64,000 bases of DNA from an uncultured Collinsella sp. (GCA_902470815.1 CABRHS010000007.1:29527-93526); one strand, 5' to 3'; positions 20,118 to 28,851 are shown, numbered from the stretch's first letter. Notes: a model not told the origin generated them from the letters alone. Numbers and translations: made by a program.

Positions 20118-20642
20118 GTGGTGCGCGTGGCGCACGAATGCCGCGGGCTGGGGCCCGCCGGGGTCAGGCGGCTCGTCGAGGCCCATTACTCCGACGTCTA
20201 CGCGTACTGCCGCAGACACACCGAGTCGGCCGACGAGGCGGAGGACGCTGCCCAGGAGGTGTTCCTCAGGTTCGTTGGGGCCTCCGGGCGCTATCGGGAC
20301 GACGGCAGGCCGCTGGCCTACCTGCTCACGATCGCGCGCAACGTCTGCGCCGACTCGCGCCGTCGCGGCGCGATGCGCGCCGACGAGCTGCCCAGCGACG
20401 AGGTCCTCGCCGACCCGTCGCCTGGGCCCGGCGCGGCCGACGGGCTGTCCGCGGTGCGCCGCGCGGTCCGGGCCCTGCCCGACGATACCCGCGAGATCGT
20501 GGAGCTCAAGTTCGACCAGGGGCTCACCGCGGTGGAGATCGCGCGCGTCACGGGCCTCAGCCGTTTCGCGGTGGCGCGCCGGATCGGCTCCGCCCTATCG
20601 GATATCAGGGAGGCCCTGGCCTTCGAGGAAGGGGACGCATGA
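20118..20642 (+). CDS. ECF-type RNA polymerase sigma factor
   Basis: AEDAAQEVF, YLLTIARNVCAD (region 2); LP..TREIVELKF..GLTAVEIA (region 4). Confidence 0.88.
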   Translation: MVRVAHECRGLGPAGVRRLVEAHYSDVYAYCRRHTESADEAEDAAQEVFLRFVGASGRYRDDGRPLAYLLTIARNVCADSRRRGAMRADELPSDEVLADPSPGPGAADGLSAVRRAVRALPDDTREIVELKFDQGLTAVEIARVTGLSRFAVARRIGSALSDIREALAFEEGDA

Positions 20643-21454
20643 TGGATCACATTCCTGACCGGTCGCTGGAGGGGGAGCTCGCCCGCCTGTTTCGGGAGGA
20701 GCGCGAGGGCTGGGACCGGGAGGCCGGCCGCGCCCGCCGCGTCGAGGCCTGCGTCGCCGCCTGTCAGGCCGAGGCTGCCGCCCGCGGGAGGGGCGAGGCG
20801 AGTGCGTCGCTCCCGGCGTTCCTGACCGCCCAGGCCCGCTTCACGCCGCCCGGCGCCTGGGTGGCCATCGCGGCCGTGGGCGTCCTGGCGGTCGCGGGCG
20901 CGTGGGCAGGGGCGGACGGCCCCGTCGCCTTTCAGGCGCTTTCCTGCGCCGGCGGGCTGCTTGCCCTGGTGTGCCTCGTCGGCGTGACGAGGTCCAAGAC
21001 GTTCGGCATGGGCGAGCTCGAGTCTTCGTGCCCGTTCAACGCCGTGTCGGTGTCCTTCGCGCGCTTGCTGATCTTCGGGGCCCCCAGCGCACTCGTGCTC
21101 GCGCTCGGGTTGGCCTCGGCGGGGACCCAGGGTCTGGGCGCCTCTAGGGCCCTGGCCCTCATGGCAGCCCCTTACCTGACGGCCTGCGCCGGCGGCCTCA
21201 TGTGCGCCAGGCGCGCCGCGGGGCCGGACGCCATGGGTGCGGCGGTCGCGTGGGCGTCCTCGGTCACCGCCGCGTCGGCGCTGTTGTTCTATGCCACCCC
21301 GGCCGCATATGCGGCGGCGAGCGCCTGGGCCTGGTATCTCGCGTGCCTGGCCTCCGGGTCCTGGTGCGCCTCGGAGGTCCGTGCGTGGCTGGGCGAGGGA
21401 GCCCGTGGCTTCGCGCCCCTGCGCGGGGACGGCCGGTCCCCGCTCAACATCTGA
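20639..21454 (+). CDS. Multi-pass membrane protein, putative anti-sigma factor
   Basis: ATGA overlap with the sigma factor stop; hydrophilic N-terminus followed by several hydrophobic helices. Confidence 0.7.
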   Translation: MMDHIPDRSLEGELARLFREEREGWDREAGRARRVEACVAACQAEAAARGRGEASASLPAFLTAQARFTPPGAWVAIAAVGVLAVAGAWAGADGPVAFQALSCAGGLLALVCLVGVTRSKTFGMGELESSCPFNAVSVSFARLLIFGAPSALVLALGLASAGTQGLGASRALALMAAPYLTACAGGLMCARRAAGPDAMGAAVAWASSVTAASALLFYATPAAYAAASAWAWYLACLASGSWCASEVRAWLGEGARGFAPLRGDGRSPLNI

Positions 21455-21476
21455 TTTCGACAGAAAGGAGAATGCG

Positions 21477-22442
21477 ATGGAACTCGAGCTCGACAGGCTC
21501 ACTAAGCAGTACGGCCCGAAGATCGCGGTCGACCGGGTTAGCGCCCGGCTGGGGGCCGGCGTCTACGGGCTGCTCGGCGCCAACGGCGCGGGGAAGACGA
21601 CGATCATGCGCATGATATGCGGCATCTTGCGCCCGACCTCGGGCGAGGTCCGCCTCGACGGGCGCCCGACCGCGGAGATGGGAGGCGAGTTCCGGGCGCG
21701 CCTCGGCTACCTCCCCCAGGACTTCGGGTACTACCCGGAGTTCACGGCGCTCGACTTCATGGAGTACATGGCCGCCCTGAAGGGCCTGGACTCCCGCGCG
21801 GCACGCACGCGCTCGCTCGAGCTGCTCGACCGGGTCGGGCTCGCCGGCGAGGAGCGCCGCCTCATCCGGACGTTTTCCGGTGGCATGAAGCAGCGCCTCG
21901 GTATCGCCCAGGCGGTGCTCAACGACCCGGACGTCCTCGTGCTCGACGAGCCCACCGCCGGCCTCGACCCGAAGGAGCGGGTGCGGTTCCGCAACCTCAT
22001 CGCGAGCTTCGCCGCCGACAAAGTCGTCCTGCTGTCCACGCACATCGTCTCCGACGTCGAGTGCATAGCCGACAGCATCCTGATGATGCGGGCGGGGTCC
22101 TTGATAATGCGGGGCGCCCCGTCGGAGGTCGTGTCGCGTGTCGACGGCATGGTCTGGGAGGCCCGCGTCTCGGCTCGGGAGGCGGATGAGCTGTCGACCG
22201 CGTCGCGCGTGGTCAACGTCCACCATATGGGGGATGGAACGGCCCTCGTACGGTTCCTCTCCGGAGACGGCCCCTCCCGCGTGCCCGGCGCCGTCAGGGC
22301 CGAGCCCACGCTCGAGGACCTGTACCTGCACGTGTTCGACGAGAGCGGGGCGGAGGGCGGCCCCGCGCCGCTCGTCGGGCCCGCCGACGCCGATCGCCGC
22401 GTGCGCCGCGACGCCCATTTCGGAGGTGGCCGACATGCTTAG
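21477..22442 (+). CDS. ABC transporter ATP-binding subunit
   Basis: GANGAGKT, FSGGMKQR, VLDEPTAGLD, STH; AAAGGAG RBS. Confidence 0.95.
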   Translation: MELELDRLTKQYGPKIAVDRVSARLGAGVYGLLGANGAGKTTIMRMICGILRPTSGEVRLDGRPTAEMGGEFRARLGYLPQDFGYYPEFTALDFMEYMAALKGLDSRAARTRSLELLDRVGLAGEERRLIRTFSGGMKQRLGIAQAVLNDPDVLVLDEPTAGLDPKERVRFRNLIASFAADKVVLLSTHIVSDVECIADSILMMRAGSLIMRGAPSEVVSRVDGMVWEARVSAREADELSTASRVVNVHHMGDGTALVRFLSGDGPSRVPGAVRAEPTLEDLYLHVFDESGAEGGPAPLVGPADADRRVRRDAHFGGGRHA

Positions 22443-23700
22443 CCTTATCAAGTTCGAGCTCAAGAAGATGCTTACCCGCCGCGTGGCCGTCGCCGCGAAC
22501 GCCGGCGCGATCGTCATGCTCGTCGCCGTCATGGCGCTCAACGTGATGCAAGCCAGGGCCGAGGGCAACGCCGGGGAGATCCTTTCGGGGCCCGAGGCCA
22601 TCGCGCACCGCCGCGAGGTGGCCGAGGCCCGCGCGGGCGAGCTCACGCCCGAGCGCGTGGCCGCCGACATTGCCCATTATCAAGAGATCGCCTACGAGAG
22701 GCTCAACCCCGAGGAGCTCGCGGAGATGTCTGACGCAGCCGCGTACGAGGCCGTGGCGGAGGCGTACGACGAGGCGACGCGCCTGGAGCTCTACAATCCG
22801 TACTACATCACGCTGCTCAAGCCCTGGGCGGTCAGGGGCCTTGAGCCCTACCAGTACGCATTCCGCGTCACACCCGAGATGGCCCTCGACTTCTACGGCG
22901 CCCTGGCGGCCAACCTGCAGGACTCCCTCGACGAGGGCATGGGAGGGGAGTGGGTCTACTCGCCGGCCGAGCGCGCGTTCTGGACCGAGAAGGAGGCAGG
23001 CGTGGCCGAGCCCATCGGATACGGGTGGTCCGGCGGCTGGGACAACATCCTCGACTGCACGGCGTTCCTCGTCTTCGCCATCTTCGCCGCCTGCGTCACG
23101 GTGACGCCCCTGTTCGCCTCCGAGTACCGCGAGGGGACCGACGCGGTCCTCCTCTCGTCCCGAAACGGGCGCGGCAGGCTCGTGGCCGCGAAGCTCGCGG
23201 CGGCCGTACTCTACGCCACGGCCTTGTTCGCGGTTGGCGCCGCCATCGTCTGCGGCGTCTCCCTGGCCTTCTACGGCGCCGGAGGGGCGGACCTCGCCAT
23301 CCAGAACTACGCCCTGGCATCGCCCTACGACCTCACGATGGCGCGGGCCGCGGCGCTGTACATCTGCATCTTCTACCTCGTCATGCTCGGGATGCTCGCC
23401 CTGACGCTCGCGCTCTCCGCGTCGACGCCCTCCACGCTCGCCATCATCGTGACCGACGTGGTCGTCCTGTTCGTGACCGGCCTCCTCCCGTCCGCCGGCG
23501 TCGGGGTGCTGCGCCACATCCTCACGCTGTTCCCCATGGGGCTGCAGTCGCCGTTCGACATGTTCGCCGCGCTGTTCTCCTATCCGGTGGGGCCGGTCGT
23601 GCTCGACCTCATCGGCATGGCGGCCCTCGTCTACGGCGCCCTCGTCGCGGTCGGCGTCCCCCTCGCCCTGGGCCGCTGGTGCCGGCATCAGGTCGCCTGA
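22435..23700 (+). CDS. ABC transporter permease with large extracellular loop
   Basis: LIKFELKK N-terminus, FASEYREGTD..LLSS..GR...AKL motif, multiple TM segments. Confidence 0.88.
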   Translation: MLSLIKFELKKMLTRRVAVAANAGAIVMLVAVMALNVMQARAEGNAGEILSGPEAIAHRREVAEARAGELTPERVAADIAHYQEIAYERLNPEELAEMSDAAAYEAVAEAYDEATRLELYNPYYITLLKPWAVRGLEPYQYAFRVTPEMALDFYGALAANLQDSLDEGMGGEWVYSPAERAFWTEKEAGVAEPIGYGWSGGWDNILDCTAFLVFAIFAACVTVTPLFASEYREGTDAVLLSSRNGRGRLVAAKLAAAVLYATALFAVGAAIVCGVSLAFYGAGGADLAIQNYALASPYDLTMARAAALYICIFYLVMLGMLALTLALSASTPSTLAIIVTDVVVLFVTGLLPSAGVGVLRHILTLFPMGLQSPFDMFAALFSYPVGPVVLDLIGMAALVYGALVAVGVPLALGRWCRHQVA

Positions 23701-24056
23701 TCGGCGCAGCGGCACCCATCCGCGGCCTTCCGCGCCCCCCCCGCCCGAGATCCTCGGGCGGGGGGCGCCTCCGCTTCGGCGGCTTCGCGCCGATTCCATG
23801 CGATTTGCGCCGAATCCCCGCGCCGGGGGGCGAACAGGATGCACGCGCGTCAGACGGCGGCCATCCCGCCCGGCCGTCCGTCCCCTTTTGCCGAACCGTC
23901 GATGTCGGGGTGCCCGGCATGTGCTAGATTCTGCTAAATCGTCTTCCCGGGGCCAGGGTGGCTCCGGCGAGGACGTTTCCCCAAAAAAATGGTGAGAAGG
24001 GATTGGGCCATGGGCGACCTGTCGACTCCGTTCTCCACGGCTGGAGGCGAGAAGTG

Positions 24057-24395
24057 ATGGAATACGCCGTCTTCAGGCTCGCGATGCGGTCGCTGGCCTT
24101 CATCGTCGCGTTCGCGTTCTGCGTCTCGCACCTCGTGCGCAAGAGGGATTTCATCGACGCCGTCTTCCGGAGCCCCGACGAGGTGAGGAAGAGCTTCACC
24201 GGAAGGAACGACGTCCTGTTCCTGAGGGTCCTGAACATCGTCCCGAGCGAGCGCCGGGGCGTCTCGGTGCGCGACGACGAGACCGGCGAGGTCGTCGACC
24301 TCACGGTGTTCTCCGGCTACGTCGACGACGGCGAGAGGCTCGCGGTGGAGTACCTGCCGCACACGGGCTACGGCGCGATCGTCGAGCGGGGCTGA
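24057..24395 (+). CDS. Hypothetical membrane-anchored protein
   Basis: GGAGG RBS, N-terminal TM, high-GC3 codon bias, C-terminal VEYLPHT. Confidence 0.65.
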   Translation: MEYAVFRLAMRSLAFIVAFAFCVSHLVRKRDFIDAVFRSPDEVRKSFTGRNDVLFLRVLNIVPSERRGVSVRDDETGEVVDLTVFSGYVDDGERLAVEYLPHTGYGAIVERG

Positions 24396-24660
24396 CGGAT
24401 ATTTGATATGTTCGCTGACCGCATCGAGAGAGATGCTTGCGGAAGAAGCAGGCGGGCTTCTACTTGCTTGATGCCCGAATGCTCGTCGACCTCCTGTTGG
24501 CAGCGGCTCGCAAACCGGTCTCAGATGCTTAGATCATACCGTTCATCTAATTTAAAAGCGCAGGTGAGCCGCTCGATAAGTATTTTTACGGACGCTTTCC
24601 GGTCCATGTGCTATAACCATCTGCAACATCTCCGGGGATGCATGAAGCGAAGGAGGGGCA

Positions 24661-25290
24661 ATGGAGGTCGGAAACCGGATTCGTCGTGAGCGGCAGCGGC
24701 TTGGGATTTCTCAAGAGGGACTTTCTCGCCGAGCATATGTATCGCGCCCGACGCTTTCGCATTGGGAAACGGGCAGGACGCTCCCCGACGCGCAATCCCT
24801 GCTGGTTCTTTCCGAGATATTCGGAACGAGCATTGATGAGCTCGTGAAAGGGGATGTTGCAGAAATGGAAGAGATTGTCGATCGCGAAGCGCGGGTGGCC
24901 ATAGGTAGGACGCTCGCGCTTGCCTGCGTTGCCGTAGGTGCGGGAGTCTGTCTTGTCGCGGTCTCTTTTACCGCGCGCTATCTGGTGGGCTCCGTCGCAT
25001 TTTACTCGATGACGCTTTTGAGCATGGTGATGGGCTTTACGGTGATGACACGGGCGGGCGAGAGGGCCGTATCCGCTGCATCAGCCGCCGGGGTGCTTGC
25101 CGAGTTGGCTGCGGGCAAGTGCGCCGCTGCGGAAAAGGTCGTGCTTCGTGAGCGATTGGCCCACGAGATTGCGCGCGATGGCGTGCGCGACCCATACGCT
25201 CGCCTTGTATTGAGCGCAGCGTGTGCGGTAGATATCGCATGCATGCTCGTGTGGTTTGCGACACTTATCCGGCCTGGTTTATTTGCGTGA
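24661..25290 (+). CDS. XRE-family HTH regulator with C-terminal TM helices
   Basis: ISQEGLSRRAYVSRPTLSHWETGRTLPD; AAGGAGG RBS; TG-TATAAC -10 at about 24609-24617. Confidence 0.85.
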   Translation: MEVGNRIRRERQRLGISQEGLSRRAYVSRPTLSHWETGRTLPDAQSLLVLSEIFGTSIDELVKGDVAEMEEIVDREARVAIGRTLALACVAVGAGVCLVAVSFTARYLVGSVAFYSMTLLSMVMGFTVMTRAGERAVSAASAAGVLAELAAGKCAAAEKVVLRERLAHEIARDGVRDPYARLVLSAACAVDIACMLVWFATLIRPGLFA

Positions 25291-25380
25291 TGTCGCCGTT
25301 CCGACGCACGCGCTTGCCTTGCGCTTAATCGGGGTCGCTATGATGGGCCTGGTTTATTTCGGAGGTCATTGGGGACATCA

Positions 25381-25815
25381 TCAATAGCCCCAGTCGACAA
25401 CCTTCCATGGGGCGCCCTGCGAGGGCCTGGTGAGAACCCATTGCCAGCCCTCGTACCGGTCGTTCGGCGAGAAGCCCTCGTCTGCTGCCCGCCAGCCGGT
25501 CGTGAATTCGGATAGCACGACGATGAGGTCCCCTTTGCCTTTTTGCCGATGCTCGAGCATTTCGTCCAGGTGCCGGGTTTCGACTTCGCCGTCATAGCGG
25601 ACCTCATCGAGCGCGCATCCCTCGAATTCCGACGCGAACTTCGTCTCGATGGCATTGAATGCGGCGAGGATATCGGCTTCGGTATAGCGGTCCGTGGATT
25701 GCGCGATGCGCTCGACCGATCTCACGTTTCCACCGGAGGGGCTGACGAGCGCCGCCAGGATGCCGAGAGCTGCGAGAGAGCCCGCTATCGCGATGAGAGC
25801 CGTTTTCCTGTTCAT
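25381..25815 (-). CDS. Secreted/membrane-anchored protein (DUF4829-like, ends WKVVDWGY)
   Basis: MNRK plus hydrophobic signal; family call from memory of similar C-termini. Confidence 0.7.
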   Translation of the reverse strand: MNRKTALIAIAGSLAALGILAALVSPSGGNVRSVERIAQSTDRYTEADILAAFNAIETKFASEFEGCALDEVRYDGEVETRHLDEMLEHRQKGKGDLIVVLSEFTTGWRAADEGFSPNDRYEGWQWVLTRPSQGAPWKVVDWGY

Positions 25816-25881
25816 TGCGCCCCCTTGGGATCGCCGTGGCGAGTGCCCGAATCTGGATTCCTCAACGGTAGGTGACATCGA

Positions 25882-26043
25882 TGCGAATTGCAACGAGGCG
25901 AGACCCGCCTCGTTCTGAATTCCGCAAGGTATAGCAAGCAGATTGTAGTGGGGTAAAACCCGCACGAACAACCGCTCCTACCAGGGCGGCTGTTCCCTTA
26001 ACGTGAAAGGAAGCGCCGCAAGCACCGTGGCAAGTAGCCGCTA
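25882..26043. other. Hairpin-rich non-coding element, copy A
   Basis: Shares GTGGGGTAAAACCCGCACGAACA, GCTGTTCCCTTA and CAAGTAGC with 30654-30756. Confidence 0.65.
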
Positions 26044-26508
26044 CTCGTTCGGCCGGGCATTCTCCCTCCACCTGCGGAGCGTCGGCAGGATGGCACCCAG
26101 GAGCGACGCACACTCGTCCACGGACCAGTCCATGTTCTGAGCCATGCGCGGCGCGCAGTCCTCGATCATCTCTTCCATGGTTGTCTCGTTGGTATACGCG
26201 CCCTCGTCGTAGCACCAGCGGCAGAAATCGTCGGCCTCGGTTCCATCCGCCTCGTGTCCGTGCTGGTCGGGTCCAGTGAACATCATGCCGCAGCTCTGGC
26301 AGTAGTGCTCGGGCATGTCGAGCAGGCGCGTCACGGGGACGTCGAGCTCGCGCGCAATGAGCTTGATCATGTCGATGCCGGGCTCGGTCGCGCCGGTCTC
26401 CCAGCGGCTGACCGCCTGGCGCGTGATGAAGAGGCGCGCGGCGAGTTCTTCTTGGGTGAGGCCGCGTTCGCGTCGGGTTTGGGCCAGGGCGTCTTTAAGC
26501 AGGATCAT
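26041..26508 (-). CDS. XRE HTH regulator fused to a putative zinc-ribbon domain
   Basis: LTQEELAARLFITRQAVSRWETG; YCQSCGM...FCRWCY; GGAGG RBS. Confidence 0.9.
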   Translation of the reverse strand: MILLKDALAQTRRERGLTQEELAARLFITRQAVSRWETGATEPGIDMIKLIARELDVPVTRLLDMPEHYCQSCGMMFTGPDQHGHEADGTEADDFCRWCYDEGAYTNETTMEEMIEDCAPRMAQNMDWSVDECASLLGAILPTLRRWRENARPNE

Positions 26509-26585
26509 AAACGGTTCCTCCGTTGTGTTCGATGGGTGGCGCCTTGCTTCATCGCGATTATCCCGCTCGATGCGCGTGCGGTCGA

Positions 26586-26600
26586 GCAACGGATGGTTGC
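26586..26600. promoter_or_regulatory. Putative operator palindrome GCAAC-N5-GTTGC for the XRE-zinc-ribbon gene
   Basis: Perfect palindrome just upstream of a minus-strand GATAAT -10 (26557-26562). Confidence 0.45.
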
Positions 26601-26685
26601 GCGGCGACGTCTCAGGCGGTGCGCCGATGGAGCGGTCTCGCTGTGATGCGGGATCGCTTCGGCCTGGCGCGCACGAGACTGCTCG

Positions 26686-26814
26686 CAGATCCGCGGGCAG
26701 CTCCAGGCGGGATTCCGGCTGGTCGACTGCTGCGAGGATACCTACGGCGAGGGGCGTCTGCACGACCTGAACATCCCGACCTTCTGGGCGACGTACGCCG
26801 TGGAGGGCGACTGA
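26686..26814 (+). pseudogene. Orphan 3' fragment of a class I SAM-methyltransferase-like gene
   Basis: Reads QIRGQLQAGFRLVDCCEDTYGEGRLHDLNIPTFWATYAVEGD*, resembling C-termini of gut-bacterial methyltransferases; no start. Confidence 0.5.
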
Positions 26815-26919
26815 CGCCCCTGCCGCCCAGGCCGCCGTCTGACTGGATGACGGGAGGAGGGGCTTTATCTGTGCTAGATTCGAAGGAATGGAGTCGGCAG
26901 CAGGGAAGGACGATGGGTC

Positions 26920-27363
26920 ATGGAGAAACCGCTCACATTCAGGGAAATAGCCATGCCGCATCCGAACCCGCGAAACGAATGCGTGACGTACGGTCGGAAG
27001 TTGCAACCCGAGACGAATTTCGAATCTGATGATTTGGAAAGGCTGTATCTCGGCCACCGAAAGGGCCTGATCGAGAGGACTATCGGGGAATGTGCGGAGT
27101 ACTTGAGCGCGGATGACTGGATGGACGAGGATGTCTTCCCCTGCGTGAAGGATATGACGGGGGAGTGGTACCTGGCGTCTGTCGACGTACGGGACGAGGA
27201 CGGTGAGGTCATGGCCCAGATCTACCTCCATTTTCTGGGCCGTTGCTCCGAGGGGCCCATGTCGGGGGAGAAAGATGACTACCTGGGTATTGAGGCGCTG
27301 TTCGTCTACGACCCCGACCGGGGGGATTTTTGCTTCGACGGCCTGAACACGGATGCGATCTAG
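26920..27363 (+). CDS. Hypothetical acidic protein
   Basis: GAAGGA RBS, TGTGCTAGATT extended -10 at about 26870, plausible codon usage. Confidence 0.7.
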   Translation: MEKPLTFREIAMPHPNPRNECVTYGRKLQPETNFESDDLERLYLGHRKGLIERTIGECAEYLSADDWMDEDVFPCVKDMTGEWYLASVDVRDEDGEVMAQIYLHFLGRCSEGPMSGEKDDYLGIEALFVYDPDRGDFCFDGLNTDAI

Positions 27364-27420
27364 CGGGTGCGCGCCGGTCCGCACGGGGCGACGGCTGCGT
27401 GGTACATCGCCGCAGCGTCA

Positions 27421-27676
27421 TCAATAGCCCCAGTCGACAACCTTCCATGGGGCGCCTTGCGAGGGCCTGGTGAGAATCCATTGCCAACCTTCGTACCTGT
27501 CGTTCGGCGAGAAGCCCTCGTCGGTTGCCCGCCAGTCGGTCGTGAATTCGGATAGCACGACGATGAGGTCGCCTTCGCCTTTTTGCCCATGCTCGAGCAT
27601 TTCGTCCATATGCCGGGATTCGACCTCGCCATCATAGCGGATCTCATCGAGCGTGCATCCCCCGAATTCCGCAAGG
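27421..27676 (-). pseudogene. 5'-deleted duplicate of the 25381-25815 gene
   Basis: Near-identical to 25381-25631, then jumps to 25917-25929 at GAATTCCG. Confidence 0.85.
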
Positions 27677-27689
27677 CGCTATGGCCAAC

Positions 27690-27717
27690 TTGACAAGAAC
27701 ACATGTTCGATTATCAT
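27690..27717 (+). promoter_or_regulatory. Promoter with a LexA (SOS) box in the spacer
   Basis: TTGACA (27690), GAAC-ACAT-GTTC (27697-27708), TATCAT (27712). Confidence 0.8.
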
Positions 27718-27749
27718 AGGGTCACGGTTGCTTGCGAAAGGGGATTACG

Positions 27750-28382
27750 ATGGCGTTCGACTACAAGAAGGAATACAAAGAGTTCTATCTTCCGCCCAAG
27801 AATCCGATGTTTGTCGAAGTGCCTGCGATGACGTTTCTCGCAGTTCGTGGCCATGGAGATCCCAACGAGGAGGGCGGGGCGTATAAGGACGCGCTCGAGG
27901 CGCTCTATGGTGTGGCGTACACCGTCAAGATGTCCAAGACGGGCGATCATCGTATCGAGGGCTACTTCGACTTCGTCGTGCCGCCCCTGGAGGGCTTTTG
28001 GTGGCAGGACGGCGTTCTGGGCGTGGATTATGCTCATAAGGAGGATTTCAACTGGATTTCAGTTATCCGTGTGCCGGAGTTCGTGACGCACGAGGAATTT
28101 GAATGGGCCGTCGCGGAGGCGGCCGCCAAGAAGAAGCGGGACTTCTCCTGCGTGGAGTTTCTCACCATTGAGGAAGGCCTTTGCGTTCAGTGCCTGCATG
28201 TAGGGCCGTATGATGACGAGCCGGTTACCGTCGAGGCGATGCACGCGTTCGCCGTGGAGCAGGGCTATGTCGAGGATTTCTCCGACGAGCGCCTGCATCA
28301 TGAGATCTACCTCAACGACGCCCGCCGCACCGCGCCCGAGAAGCTCAAGACGGTGATCAGGCACCCGGTTCGTAGGGCGTAG
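27750..28382 (+). CDS. GyrI-like small-molecule-binding protein (cyclopropyl hydrolase-like subfamily)
   Basis: FDYKKEYKEFY, GDPN, FVVPPLEGFWW, CVQCLHVGPYDDE, HHEIYL, KTVIRHP. Confidence 0.85.
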   Translation: MAFDYKKEYKEFYLPPKNPMFVEVPAMTFLAVRGHGDPNEEGGAYKDALEALYGVAYTVKMSKTGDHRIEGYFDFVVPPLEGFWWQDGVLGVDYAHKEDFNWISVIRVPEFVTHEEFEWAVAEAAAKKKRDFSCVEFLTIEEGLCVQCLHVGPYDDEPVTVEAMHAFAVEQGYVEDFSDERLHHEIYLNDARRTAPEKLKTVIRHPVRRA

Positions 28383-28522
28383 ACGGACGGCGTCGCTGGC
28401 TGTCACCTTAAATTGAATTCTTATCTCTAACCGTAAAGCAATCCTAAAGCTTCGCCTTCTACCATGAGGTCGTGGAGATCTCCAATCCTGGCCGTGCGTC
28501 TTGGACGCTGTAAGTTTGGAGG

Positions 28523-28786
28523 GTGAAGATGAAGAATATGGGTAAGCTGGCGCTGGCGGCTGCGGGCTTGGCAGTGGCGGTGTTTGCGGCAATCGGCATG
28601 TTCTCGCCCGCATCTGCCGTTGCCGATGAAGAGACACCTGGCGCCCATGGCATCGTGATTGGTCTGGGCGAGTCGGCTCTGCGCTCCGATGGGAGCACGG
28701 AGTTCGACGTTGTTCGCTGGATTGAGGACGGCGCTGAGGTTACACCCGTTCCCGACGTGCGGATATTCGCCGACGTCGCGGAATAG
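28523..28786 (+). CDS. Small secreted protein
   Basis: GGAGG RBS, signal peptide ending AVA; precedes the response regulator. Confidence 0.65.
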   Translation: MKMKNMGKLALAAAGLAVAVFAAIGMFSPASAVADEETPGAHGIVIGLGESALRSDGSTEFDVVRWIEDGAEVTPVPDVRIFADVAE

Positions 28787-28851
28787 GTGCGACGGACCGT
28801 TGCGGCGGCGCGGGTCGAGGTGGTTCGCGCCGCCCTTGCAAAGGGGCTTAT

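Noticed and set aside
25940..26030. Resemblance to group II intron domain I (GGGGTAAAACCC, GAAAGGAAGCG)
   Set aside because: No GUGYG start, no domain V, no RT gene, and copy B lacks the GGAAG segment
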